Assembly: GCA_048941015.1 (NCBI GenBank)
Contig: JBHLNZ010000015.1
Location: 1-54,807 of the forward strand
Origin: Promethearchaeota archaeon
GTDB taxonomy: Archaea; Asgardarchaeota; Lokiarchaeia; Sigyniarchaeales; SOKP01
Direction of reading: 5' to 3'
Length of the DNA stretch: 54,807 bases
The translations under genes and the position numbers were made by a program. This document shows positions 9,733-19,806 of this stretch, piece by piece. The notes under the pieces are model-generated. The model was not told the origin of the DNA, made no database searches, and saw nothing but the letters and a program-made list of their open reading frames with translations. The number at the start of each line of letters is the position of its first letter. Within the stretch, counting starts at the first letter, position 1.

Positions 9733-11337
9733 ATGGATATACCAAAGTTAGATTATTTGTGGCAATATGTACACCACTGGGCTAAAGCTGACCCTGATTT
9801 TCCTTTTATAAGATTTAAATGGAAAAAATATAATGCTAAAGAGTTTACAGAAGCAATAGACCATTTAGCAAAAGCATTTTTGAGTTTAGGAATAAATAAA
9901 GGAGATGCAATAGTTACAATTCTTCCTATGATAATGGAATATGCCTTAATATATTTAGCCGCTAATTCAATTGGTGCAATTTGTGTTCCGATGGATGTAA
10001 GATTCAGGCCTGCAGATTATCGTCGATTCATACCTCATGTGAAACCTAAATTAATATTTTTAATTGGAAAAGCGCGTGGATATGATATTGCTAATGCGAT
10101 TCAAGAACTTAAATCTGAATTTAATCCCGATATAAGATATTATATGATTGGAAAAGATGATTTTGGAATTCCTTTTGAAAGTTTATTGGAAAAAAGTTCC
10201 GATTTAGATGAAGAGTTGGTAAATAGACGAAATAGCTTAGATCCAAATGACGGTGCTCTAATTATTTTTACCGGAGGTACTACTGGAATTCCAAAAGCAG
10301 CATTATTAACTCATAAAAATGTTGCTCATGCAAGTTATCTTGAAGCAAGCTATATTCATGAAAAAGGAATTCCTTTAGGATTGAAGCCGCACTTTAAAAT
10401 GATCAATGCATTTCCTCCGAGTCATGTTGGTGGTTCTGTAGAAATATTAGGAACTGTAATCATCGCTGGATGTGAAATTGTCCTCCAAGAGCAATGGAAT
10501 CCCTATAACATATTAAGAGCTACTCAGAAATGGAAACTTCAATTAATGGGAGGAGTTCCTACAATGTATGCTATAATGCTTAGTTTACCAGATCTAGAAG
10601 ATTTTGACTTATCTTCCTTAGTTTTAGCAATTTTGAGTGGAGAGAAGTTAAGCTTAGAATTATTAACTGGTATAAAAGATAAAATATGTCCAAATATCCT
10701 TAATGCATATGGAAGTACAGAGTCTGGACCAGAAGTAACTTTCACTGACATTGGAGATCCATTAGAAGAATTAGCTAATGGATATATTGGTCATTTATTA
10801 CCCGATCAAGCAGTAAAGATTGTCGATGAGGAAGATAAAGAAGTAGATCCTGGTATAATTGGTGAAATGCTTTTCAAGGGGACCTTAACCATTCCTGGGT
10901 ATTATAATATGCCTGAAGAAAATGACAAAACTTTTACCAAAGATGGTTGGTGTCGATCTGGAGATTTAGGTTATATAACCAAAGATGGAAAAATTTATAT
11001 CAAAGGTAGAAAGAAGTTTATTATCCGCGTGGGAAGCTATACGGTACTTCCTTCTGAAGTAGAAAGTGTAGTGATAGAACACCCAAAAGTAGCAATGGTA
11101 GCAGCGGTAGGTATACCCGATAAGATTTATAATGAGCTTGTTTGGATTGCAGTTGTACCTGAAGCAGGTGAAAAAATCGATGAGAATGAGATTTTGAAGT
11201 TATGTAAGGGTCAATTAGCCGATTTCAAAGTTCCTAAAAAAGTAGTTATAAAAAAAGAACTTCCTATAACAAGACTTGCTAAGGTGGATAGACCAACACT
11301 TTTAAAACAACTTATAGAAGAATACAATTTAAAATAA
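9733..11337 (+). CDS. AMP-dependent acyl-CoA synthetase / long-chain fatty-acid CoA ligase family
   Basis: IIFTGGTTGIPKA, YGSTE, SGDLG, GRKK motifs. Confidence 0.92.
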   Translation: MDIPKLDYLWQYVHHWAKADPDFPFIRFKWKKYNAKEFTEAIDHLAKAFLSLGINKGDAIVTILPMIMEYALIYLAANSIGAICVPMDVRFRPADYRRFIPHVKPKLIFLIGKARGYDIANAIQELKSEFNPDIRYYMIGKDDFGIPFESLLEKSSDLDEELVNRRNSLDPNDGALIIFTGGTTGIPKAALLTHKNVAHASYLEASYIHEKGIPLGLKPHFKMINAFPPSHVGGSVEILGTVIIAGCEIVLQEQWNPYNILRATQKWKLQLMGGVPTMYAIMLSLPDLEDFDLSSLVLAILSGEKLSLELLTGIKDKICPNILNAYGSTESGPEVTFTDIGDPLEELANGYIGHLLPDQAVKIVDEEDKEVDPGIIGEMLFKGTLTIPGYYNMPEENDKTFTKDGWCRSGDLGYITKDGKIYIKGRKKFIIRVGSYTVLPSEVESVVIEHPKVAMVAAVGIPDKIYNELVWIAVVPEAGEKIDENEILKLCKGQLADFKVPKKVVIKKELPITRLAKVDRPTLLKQLIEEYNLK

Positions 11338-11354
11338 AATTCAATTGAAGATCA

Positions 11355-12644
11355 TTAAGCATCTTCTAACTCAATTACTCTACTTAATTCTTTTTTTATC
11401 TTATCTTGTTTTTCCTTTTCTAATTTGCATTCAGTAACCTGCCAAAATCGATATTCATGATTTAAGTAAGCAGGACAGCCAAGTTTTATCTCATCTGGAC
11501 AATTTGCTAGTTGCCAACATTGAAAAATTTTCTCTTTAAAAAATTTATGAAATTTCTTGGGTAATTTCTCATAGTTAAATTGTGTTTCTCTAAGATATTT
11601 ATCTAAATCATTTGAGTTATACGTATTCCAAAAAAGGATATTTTTATTTTTATTTTCTCTCTCCTTTAAATAATCAAATAATGCTGCCATTGCTTTTCCT
11701 GTATATGTTGTTTCTAACTTAAAGTTTCTTTTTTTCCCTTCTAATTCATATACTTTATCTACAGCATTTTGCCCTCTTATTGTCTTTATACCATATCCCG
11801 ATCCTAAATAACCAGTAATAAAAACAAAATCATCTTCTTTAATTTCTACATTAGGAATAGATTTATCCTTTTTTTTTAAATATTTAATTGCTTTATTAGC
11901 ATTTTTCATTACAGAAGATGGATTTGATGTTAAATCTGTATAAACAGCTACTACATGGACTTTTGATCTCAAACCTAATAATTTACAACCTGCTATAAGA
12001 CCCGCTGCAGTCCCTACAGAACCTCCTGCAATAAAAATAGCATCCGGTTCTGGAATTAATCCTTCGTCAATCTGCTTTTTTAACTCAAACATAGCATTGA
12101 TAAAGCCAATTGTTCCGAGAGAAGAACCAATACCAAATAGGGGAGAACCACCAGGAAACATTAAAAAATATTTAGGATGTACTAGTTTAAAAAGTAGAAA
12201 TTTAATAAATGTACTAATATCTCCCTTCCCTAGGTGTAGATTAGCTCCAAAATAATCAAATAATAAAAGAGAGCGCTGAACATGCCATGTTAATGGTTGT
12301 TCGAACAAGAATAAATCACATTTTAAATTTAATTCTCTACATGTAATTGTGCATGCTAAACCATGATTCGTTCCAATGCCTCCATTTGTTACGACTGCTT
12401 TTTTCCTCTTTTTTAATATTTTCCCGAAAATAAATTCAAATTTTCTCAGTTTATTACCTCCATAGATATGATGATTTCTATCATCTCGTTTTATGAAAAT
12501 TTTCCCTTCTTCCATTTCTAAATAATTTTCTAATTCGTTTAAACGTTCAATATCCGTTGGAATTTGACTTAAAATGGGAGTCCAAGGGAGTTTTCCTTCT
12601 AAATTCGGGTATTTTTCAAATAAAGCAGGCTTTTTTTCATCCAT
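11355..12644 (-). CDS. D-cysteine desulfhydrase / ACC deaminase family PLP enzyme with Cys-rich C-terminal extension
   Basis: IKRDD...GGNKLRKFE, LETTYTGKA; tail CWQLANCP...CPAY...FWQVTEC. Confidence 0.88.
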   Translation of the reverse strand: MDEKKPALFEKYPNLEGKLPWTPILSQIPTDIERLNELENYLEMEEGKIFIKRDDRNHHIYGGNKLRKFEFIFGKILKKRKKAVVTNGGIGTNHGLACTITCRELNLKCDLFLFEQPLTWHVQRSLLLFDYFGANLHLGKGDISTFIKFLLFKLVHPKYFLMFPGGSPLFGIGSSLGTIGFINAMFELKKQIDEGLIPEPDAIFIAGGSVGTAAGLIAGCKLLGLRSKVHVVAVYTDLTSNPSSVMKNANKAIKYLKKKDKSIPNVEIKEDDFVFITGYLGSGYGIKTIRGQNAVDKVYELEGKKRNFKLETTYTGKAMAALFDYLKERENKNKNILFWNTYNSNDLDKYLRETQFNYEKLPKKFHKFFKEKIFQCWQLANCPDEIKLGCPAYLNHEYRFWQVTECKLEKEKQDKIKKELSRVIELEDA

Positions 12645-12791
12645 AATAAATAAAATTTATTACTCTAAAAAAAGATTACATGCTTAATTTGCTTTAGACA
12701 AAACTTTATAAAAATCTTAATAGAAGCTATGAATAAATTTATCTTTTTATAAAAATAACTTAATTTTAATTATCAAATAACTATAGGAGTC

Positions 12792-14000
12792 TTGTTTATC
12801 ATGGATTTTAATATTCAAGATTATACATTATTAGATGAAATAGGACCTGAAAAAATTATAATTATTAAAAATCCTTCTGTAGGTTTAAATGGCGTATTAG
12901 TTATTGATAATTCTATTTATGGTATTCCTGCTGGAGGTATAAGGTTAGCACCTGATATTAGCATGGATGAAATGATTAGATTATCTCGAGCAATGTCACT
13001 TAAATTTTGTGCTTATCGATTAAAAGTAGGTGGTGCTAAAGCAGGTATCTGGTGTGATCCTTTAGATCTCAATAAAAAGAATATCCTTCTTACTAGCTTT
13101 GCAGATTCAATAGCTACTTATATAAAAAACGATGTTTATTATCCTGGACCGGATATGGGAACTGATGATGATGATTTATATAAAATGTTCTGTGTAATGG
13201 GTGTACCAAATTTAGCACCTAAAAAGATAGGTTTTAAGAAAAATGGAATACCCGTTGAAGAATTGTTCACTGGATATGGAGTTGTAAATTGTTTAGATGT
13301 GATTTATAATAATCGTGAGAAATTAACAAGTATACAACGCGATACATCAAAAAAACCAAATATACTCTTAGAAGGATTTGGTAAGGTTGGAACTTCAATA
13401 GCTATGAGCCTAGATGAATTAGGATTCAAACTTACGGGCGTTTCCACTATTAATGGCGCAATATTTGATGAAGATGGATTGGATATTAAAAATTTAATAG
13501 AATTAAAGCTAAAATATGGCGATAACTTAATAAATCATTATGAAAGTAAAGATTTAGTACATATTGAGAAAGAGAAATTATTTGAATTATCTTCAGACTA
13601 TAGGACGGACTTTATAATTCCTGGAGCTAGACCGGATGTAATTAATAAAAAAAATATCGATAAGCTTGAAGCAATAGCTATAGTACCTGCTGCAAATATA
13701 CCCTACGAATCCGGTATAACAAATACTTTAAAAGAAAAGAATATCATCGCATTTCCAGATTTTATTACAAATGCTGGAGAAGTTTTAGCAATATTAGTTA
13801 ATAAAGTTGCCAAAAATGCTGATGAGATTTTCAATTTTGTAAAAACTAAAATTACCGAAAAAACTTTTGAAGTTATACAAAGTGCTAGTGAAAATAATCT
13901 TTCTCCATATGATTATGCTGTAGATGATGCACTCACTGAACTAAAAAAGAAGTTAAAAAGAAAAGTGAATTCATTAGAAAAATTAAATAAAAGATATTAA
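12792..14000 (+). CDS. Glu/Leu/Phe/Val dehydrogenase family
   Basis: GGIRL, GGAKAG, GPDMGT, TGYGV, GFGKVG, PDFITNAG. Confidence 0.9.
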   Translation: MFIMDFNIQDYTLLDEIGPEKIIIIKNPSVGLNGVLVIDNSIYGIPAGGIRLAPDISMDEMIRLSRAMSLKFCAYRLKVGGAKAGIWCDPLDLNKKNILLTSFADSIATYIKNDVYYPGPDMGTDDDDLYKMFCVMGVPNLAPKKIGFKKNGIPVEELFTGYGVVNCLDVIYNNREKLTSIQRDTSKKPNILLEGFGKVGTSIAMSLDELGFKLTGVSTINGAIFDEDGLDIKNLIELKLKYGDNLINHYESKDLVHIEKEKLFELSSDYRTDFIIPGARPDVINKKNIDKLEAIAIVPAANIPYESGITNTLKEKNIIAFPDFITNAGEVLAILVNKVAKNADEIFNFVKTKITEKTFEVIQSASENNLSPYDYAVDDALTELKKKLKRKVNSLEKLNKRY

Positions 14001-14106
14001 TTCTTATTTTAGGTTTAAAACTTGAAAAATGTCAAAACAATAAATTAAAGATTTAAATACTTTATAAAATAACATTGAAATTAATAACTATTTTTTGTGA
14101 GAAATT

Positions 14107-15573
14107 ATGGTAGAAGATAAAGAACTAAAGCGCGGATTAAGTTTACCGATGGCTATATTTATTATAATTGGTATGGTAATTGGTGCGTCCATATGGGTAA
14201 ATCCTGCAGCTTACTTAATTAGAACAGGACCAGCTATTTTTTTAGCTTATATAATTGCTGTTATTCCAGCAATATTTATAGCTTATCTTGCAGCATATCT
14301 TGGTTCAGCATTTCCAGTAGCAGGTGGGACTTATGTTATAACTAGTAGATTAACTGGTGGATTTGGGGGTTTTATGAGCGTTTGGATGATCATACTAGCT
14401 GTAGGTTCAACATTAGCTTATCTAGGCACAACTTTCGGAGTATTTATAGGTCAGGCAATTGGAATAGATGACAATTCTCTCTTATGGTTTTCAATTCTCA
14501 TAGGAATATTAGTATTAGTATTCTTCTATTTTCTAAATTGGATAAAAATCGAAGTTTCTGGATTAATTGAACTTATTATTACAATATTTGGGGACATTCT
14601 TGTCATGTTGATTTTTATTATTGCTGCCATTCCTGTATTTGATCCTACTAACTTTGTTCCATTTTTACCACTGGGTTTTGGTCCAGTGTTATTTGCCGCC
14701 TTAACTTTCTATTTTTCCTATGTAGGATTTACTTTAATCTTGGATGTTGCTGGAGAAGTAAAAAATCCTAAAAAAACTATTCCTAAAGCATTACTTTTTA
14801 GTATTATTTTTCTTGTAGCTATATATACTATTCAAGCACTTATGGTTGCTGGAGTTCAAAATTATACTAATCCTGTAGGAACTGTTATTGAATTGATCCT
14901 TCAAGGAGGGTTCCTTCCTCAAGGAATGGTATTTTTCATGGCAATTTTAATTGCTATCGCTATCGCCTCTACAATTCACCCTAGTTATATGGCATTTTCA
15001 CGAGATATTCTAATGATAGGAAGAGAACATCTATTTCCAAAAGTCTTCAGTAAGGTTCATAAAAAACATAAGACACCCGTTCCTGCTTTAACTCTGCTAT
15101 TTATAGTAGGTATTATCTTTTTATTAACCTTCATACCTATTTTGAGCCCAATTTATGGTGTCGAAACTTCAGCTGTTCTTTTAAGTGCGGTAGTAGGAGT
15201 TGTCGTTTTAATACTACAGATACCCGTTTCAATTGGAGCAATTATACTTCCAAAAAGATTTCCTGAATGGCATGAGAAAGCTGGCTTTAAACCGTCATTG
15301 CGTGCGCTAAAAGTTATGGGAATAATTGGAGCGATTACTTCGATAATATTTATACTATTATTATTTACAGATCCAGACGCAGGTCTGATTGTATCATTGA
15401 TTGTCTTTCCATTCGCTGGTATTGGGGCATTATTATACTTAATTAGAAAAATTAGCTTAAATAAAAAAGGTGTAGATTTAAAGCAGATAATGAGCAAATT
15501 ACCTGAGTCTGTATCTTTAGATGAAGGTGTTCCAAGTAAAGTTGAACGGTTAGCTCATGAAAAAGAAGAATAA
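14107..15573 (+). CDS. APC-family amino acid permease
   Basis: ~12 TM helices, GMVIGASI, FPVAGGTY, AGEVKNPKKTIP. Confidence 0.92.
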   Translation: MVEDKELKRGLSLPMAIFIIIGMVIGASIWVNPAAYLIRTGPAIFLAYIIAVIPAIFIAYLAAYLGSAFPVAGGTYVITSRLTGGFGGFMSVWMIILAVGSTLAYLGTTFGVFIGQAIGIDDNSLLWFSILIGILVLVFFYFLNWIKIEVSGLIELIITIFGDILVMLIFIIAAIPVFDPTNFVPFLPLGFGPVLFAALTFYFSYVGFTLILDVAGEVKNPKKTIPKALLFSIIFLVAIYTIQALMVAGVQNYTNPVGTVIELILQGGFLPQGMVFFMAILIAIAIASTIHPSYMAFSRDILMIGREHLFPKVFSKVHKKHKTPVPALTLLFIVGIIFLLTFIPILSPIYGVETSAVLLSAVVGVVVLILQIPVSIGAIILPKRFPEWHEKAGFKPSLRALKVMGIIGAITSIIFILLLFTDPDAGLIVSLIVFPFAGIGALLYLIRKISLNKKGVDLKQIMSKLPESVSLDEGVPSKVERLAHEKEE

Positions 15574-15592
15574 TTTAATCTTTAATGTTTTT

Positions 15593-16483
15593 TTAAATTA
15601 GTAAATATCCATTTTTTTCTTCTATTATTAAATTATCGTGAAGTAGTTTCTCAATATGTTTCTCAATCATTATAAGTTCAGCAATAATTTCAAATTCTTC
15701 AAACAAGTATTTTTTATATATTAGATTTTTACCCATTAAATCCGCAAGTTTTATTATCTTTTTTTCAGATAATTGTTCTAAAATAAGTTGCTCTCTTTTC
15801 TCAATAATTGTTTTAAACTTCCTTAATTCTTCCTTTACTTGATTATCTCCTTCAATAATTCCCCTATGCCCTGTAACAACTTTATCGAATTTTATATTTA
15901 TTAGTTTATCTATTGAATTTGAAAATTCAATTAAGCTAGCATCAATATTCCCATAATAGGGAAACCTAGTTAGATCAATATCAGCAAAAAATCCTATTTT
16001 AGAATTAATTTCGTAAAATGCACAATGTCCTGCAGTGTGTCCTGGAGTGTGAATAACTTTTAGTCTAAGCATATCTCCAATCTTAAAAATTTCAGTATCA
16101 TTAATTACATTATTAATTTTAGTGTTCTTCACCCTTAAATATTCCAATAATTTTAAAAAATCAGTACCAATTTCTTTGTCTTTAATATCATAATAATAAT
16201 TCATCTCTTCAATGTTTTCAATAATACATTTATCCTTTTCGTGGCAAAAGAAATTAATATCTTTTAAAAGGTGATTCCCTGATATGTGATCTTCATGCCA
16301 ATGACTTAAAATGACATTATTAATCTGAAATTCTTTTTTTAAACTTCTTAATAATTTATTCGAAACTCCAGTATCTATTAAATAATTACCAATAAGAATT
16401 GAGTTGGAATAAGGATATCTCGCCTTATTTGCTCCTTGAATGAAATATATCCCTTCTGATAATTTTTGTGTAAATTTATTCAT
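15593..16483 (-). CDS. MBL-fold metallo-hydrolase
   Basis: SHWHEDH, HTPGHTAGH. Confidence 0.92.
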   Translation of the reverse strand: MNKFTQKLSEGIYFIQGANKARYPYSNSILIGNYLIDTGVSNKLLRSLKKEFQINNVILSHWHEDHISGNHLLKDINFFCHEKDKCIIENIEEMNYYYDIKDKEIGTDFLKLLEYLRVKNTKINNVINDTEIFKIGDMLRLKVIHTPGHTAGHCAFYEINSKIGFFADIDLTRFPYYGNIDASLIEFSNSIDKLINIKFDKVVTGHRGIIEGDNQVKEELRKFKTIIEKREQLILEQLSEKKIIKLADLMGKNLIYKKYLFEEFEIIAELIMIEKHIEKLLHDNLIIEEKNGYLLI

Positions 16484-16691
16484 TCAAAATCATAGTTTAC
16501 AACAATTGATGATTGAAATTAATGAAGTTTCTTAAAATCTTGGATTTAGATTTAGGTTTATCTCTACTAACAAAAATTCTCCTAATCTTATCTTTTTCTG
16601 ATATATTTTCATTTACTAGAAAGTTTAATTTACAATATACTTTTTAATTATTATTAAGATAATTATAATAACAATTTTCGAGGTTTAAAAA

Positions 16692-16985
16692 ATGAGAAAT
16701 GAAGATTTAATGAGATTACTCGCTGGGATTGGCGGAGGAGTAGCATTAATTGAAGCAATATTAGGATTTAGTGGGAGGAATTTAGATAGTTCAAGAATTA
16801 TAACTTTAATAATTTCAATTATTTTGGCTGTCATAATTCTTCTTGCTGTTATTAAACCCGATAATCCAGTACCCTTAAATTGGATATTACTTGTAGTAAT
16901 AGGAATAATAATGATAATATTTAGTAGTTTAGCAGGGGGAATATTAACTTTAGTTGCTGGATTTATTGGATATACGGAAAGATAA
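16692..16985 (+). CDS. Small hydrophobic membrane protein
   Basis: 97 aa with 3-4 TM segments; GAGG upstream of ATG. Confidence 0.7.
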   Translation: MRNEDLMRLLAGIGGGVALIEAILGFSGRNLDSSRIITLIISIILAVIILLAVIKPDNPVPLNWILLVVIGIIMIIFSSLAGGILTLVAGFIGYTER

Positions 16986-17156
16986 TTTAAAGTTTAACAG
17001 CTTCATGGCGTTTTCTATCCTTAAAAAAACTACAGCACATTAGCAATCTAAAATGTAATTCATTATTTTTATTAAAAAATTTTATAGGTCTTTTTATCAT
17101 TTCTGTAAAAAATAATGGATGAAAGTAAATTATAATTCATAAGGAAGGTTTTTTAA

Positions 17157-17312
17157 ATGTATTATAATTGTCCTGCTTGTTCAGGTATGAAAAAGCCTAA
17201 AATAATCAGATATTTTCCTCCAGTAATCGTTAAATGTATGGAATGTGGTTATGAGGGTTCAGAAGAAAAATTCATAAAAGAAAAAAAAATACATTCTACT
17301 CTTTTACTTTGA
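17157..17312 (+). CDS. Small Zn-ribbon protein (51 aa; not in ORF track)
   Basis: MYYNCPACSGMKKPKIIRYFPPVIVKCMECGYEGSEEKFIKEKKIHSTLLL; two CxxC pairs; AAGGAAGG just upstream. Confidence 0.7.
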   Translation: MYYNCPACSGMKKPKIIRYFPPVIVKCMECGYEGSEEKFIKEKKIHSTLLL

Positions 17313-17352
17313 TTTGATGGCTTTTTCAATATTTTTTTATTTTTTCAAATTC

Positions 17353-18828
17353 TTAATAGCTTCTAGCAATGTAAACTGTACATGTTGCTGGTTCACCACA
17401 GACTAAACAAGTAGCAAATTCATGTTTCTCTTTACCTACTCGTTTTCCTCTAACAAAAGCTCCAAATTCCTTTTCTACTACTTCTGCACATCGCTCACCT
17501 TTCTTATCAATTGAGCAAAAACCACAACATACGATTTTTCCATTGTTTATAGCTTCAATAGCTGCATCTCGTTCATACACACATTCTATTTGAGATTCAA
17601 AGTCGATTAATGACTTTTTTTTAATTTCTTGGGTATAATTTTGTGCTATTGCATCTATTTTATTTCCTATTTGATTTTCTTTCACAGTAATTTTCAAATC
17701 ATCATGACGTTTTACGATCACTATTTGCTTTTTTTCGATATCCTTTGGACCGATTTCAATTCTCATTGGCACTCCTTTAAGTTCCCAGTAATAGAACTTA
17801 TTTCCTACGGATTCATCTGAATCATCAAGCTTTACAGAATATTTTTCTTTCAGCAGGTCATGTATTTCTTTTGCTTTATCTAATACTATTTTCTCTTGAC
17901 CCTTATAAATTATTGGTATGATAACAATTTGAATTGGAGCTAAATCGAAAGGAAGAATTAATCCCTTATCATCTCCTAGATATGCAATCATCGCCCCATA
18001 GATTCTACTTATCGCAGGGCCATAACATGTTTGATATCCAAATTTCTCCTCACCATCGCTATCAACAAATTTCACGTTAAAAGGTTTAGAAAAGTTTTGT
18101 CCTAATAAATGAGTAGAAGGTAATTGTAGCACTTTTCCTGATCCCATCAAAGCATCTGCTGCATAAGTAGCTATTGCACCAGCAAATTTGTCCCATTGTG
18201 GTCTTTCAAAAAAGATTATTGGAATTCCAAACTCATTTTGGAGCATTTGATAAGTCATTTCCATATCTTCTTTCACTTGGGCTTTTGCACCTTCCATTGT
18301 AGCAAAAACATCATGGCCTTCAATCCAATGAAATTCCCTAGCTCTAAAAAAAGGTCTCGTCATTTTACCTTCATAACGCCAGATTTGACATGAAAGGTAC
18401 CTTTTGAAAGGCAAATCCTTATAGCTTCTGATCCAAAGAGAATACATTTTGTACAAGGCAGTCTCACTAGTAGGTCTTAAAGCTAAACGTTCACTTAACT
18501 TACCTGAACTCCCTGCTTCTGTGACCCAAAATACTTCTGGAGCAAATCCCTCAACATGCTCGGCTTCTAATAAAAAATTACTCTCTGGGATTAGTGAAGG
18601 CATAGTTAAGGGCAAATGACCATTTTTTTCCATTAACGCTTCATATTTAGCATACATCTTTTTAATAGAGATAGTTGCCCATTCACGATAAACTATAAAC
18701 CCTTTAATATTATAACGAATATCAGCTAATTCAGCTTTATTAATCAGCTCCGTATACCAACCAGAAAAATCTTCTTCTTTTGATACCGTAATACTCGTTA
18801 AAGGAACTTCTTTTTTCTTTTTAGCCAT
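17353..18828 (-). CDS. proS: Proline--tRNA ligase (archaeal/eukaryotic type)
   Basis: EAEHVEGFAPEV, RPTSET, REFHWIEGH, HLLGQNFSKPF, C-terminal Zn site and ARSY end. Confidence 0.97.
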   Translation of the reverse strand: MAKKKKEVPLTSITVSKEEDFSGWYTELINKAELADIRYNIKGFIVYREWATISIKKMYAKYEALMEKNGHLPLTMPSLIPESNFLLEAEHVEGFAPEVFWVTEAGSSGKLSERLALRPTSETALYKMYSLWIRSYKDLPFKRYLSCQIWRYEGKMTRPFFRAREFHWIEGHDVFATMEGAKAQVKEDMEMTYQMLQNEFGIPIIFFERPQWDKFAGAIATYAADALMGSGKVLQLPSTHLLGQNFSKPFNVKFVDSDGEEKFGYQTCYGPAISRIYGAMIAYLGDDKGLILPFDLAPIQIVIIPIIYKGQEKIVLDKAKEIHDLLKEKYSVKLDDSDESVGNKFYYWELKGVPMRIEIGPKDIEKKQIVIVKRHDDLKITVKENQIGNKIDAIAQNYTQEIKKKSLIDFESQIECVYERDAAIEAINNGKIVCCGFCSIDKKGERCAEVVEKEFGAFVRGKRVGKEKHEFATCLVCGEPATCTVYIARSY

Positions 18829-18943
18829 CCTTAATCACCAATTATAATATATCAAAAGTTAAATATTTAATGAGTTTTAGGTGCAGAAACGTTTAACTTC
18901 TCCAAGAATTATGTAATCCTTACTAACTCTTGAAATAAATTCA

Positions 18944-19735
18944 TCAATTATCGCTCAGTAATTTAGCGTCAGTAATTATGGAACCTGCTAAAACTTCCCT
19001 TTCAGTAGCTAGATCATTTAATTCTAATATTAAAACTACTGCTTCATATCCTTTTGAGTTTAGATATTGTTTTAATTCTTTTCCTATGAACTTTAACTTT
19101 TGTTCGTCTTGAGAAAAAATAGTATAATGGATTATTGTTCTTGGATTTTCAATCAGTTTAAAATCACGGATACGCATCTCCTCAAAGTTTAAAATTGAAA
19201 TCATTTCAGCTCCAGCAATTTTTCCGATTTTTCTAATTTCTTCTTCTAAAGGACCTATAGAGAAAAATTCCCGATTCTTTTTCTCTATTTTTTCGGCTAA
19301 TATTTTTTCTAAATTTTGGCGCGTATTTGGATCGTAAAAAGCTGTAAGTTCATTTGTACAAATTTTCCTATACTTTTCTGAAATTAGATTATCTTTACTA
19401 TTTAAAAATTTAATTAAATTATCGTAATATTTTTCGTCTAATTTTTGGAAAGTTTCAACATTTCTTATAAAATCAGTAAGTTTGTCTATTAAATCGTAGT
19501 AAAATTTTAAGCTCGATTTAATATCTAATTTATCATTCATCTCTTTTATTTCTGGATAATAAATCCTAGTAATTTGATTCACATTCTTATTGCAGAGAGC
19601 GCATAACTTTGCAATCTTATCAGCATTTTTAATAGACTTATATTTCAATAAATCAATAATATCATTAACTAAATTAGCTAACTCTTGAAAAATCTCTAAA
19701 ATTTTATTTTTATATTTTTTCTCAATATAAGACAT
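18944..19735 (-). CDS. Hypothetical protein (helical)
   Basis: 263-aa ORF, co-oriented with neighbours; no recognisable motif. Confidence 0.65.
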   Translation of the reverse strand: MSYIEKKYKNKILEIFQELANLVNDIIDLLKYKSIKNADKIAKLCALCNKNVNQITRIYYPEIKEMNDKLDIKSSLKFYYDLIDKLTDFIRNVETFQKLDEKYYDNLIKFLNSKDNLISEKYRKICTNELTAFYDPNTRQNLEKILAEKIEKKNREFFSIGPLEEEIRKIGKIAGAEMISILNFEEMRIRDFKLIENPRTIIHYTIFSQDEQKLKFIGKELKQYLNSKGYEAVVLILELNDLATEREVLAGSIITDAKLLSDN

Positions 19736-19806
19736 TACTATAAAGAAGATAAATTACTCGTTAAAAACTTTATATAAAAAGAAGGAGAAGAATTTATTTT
19801 TTAAAA

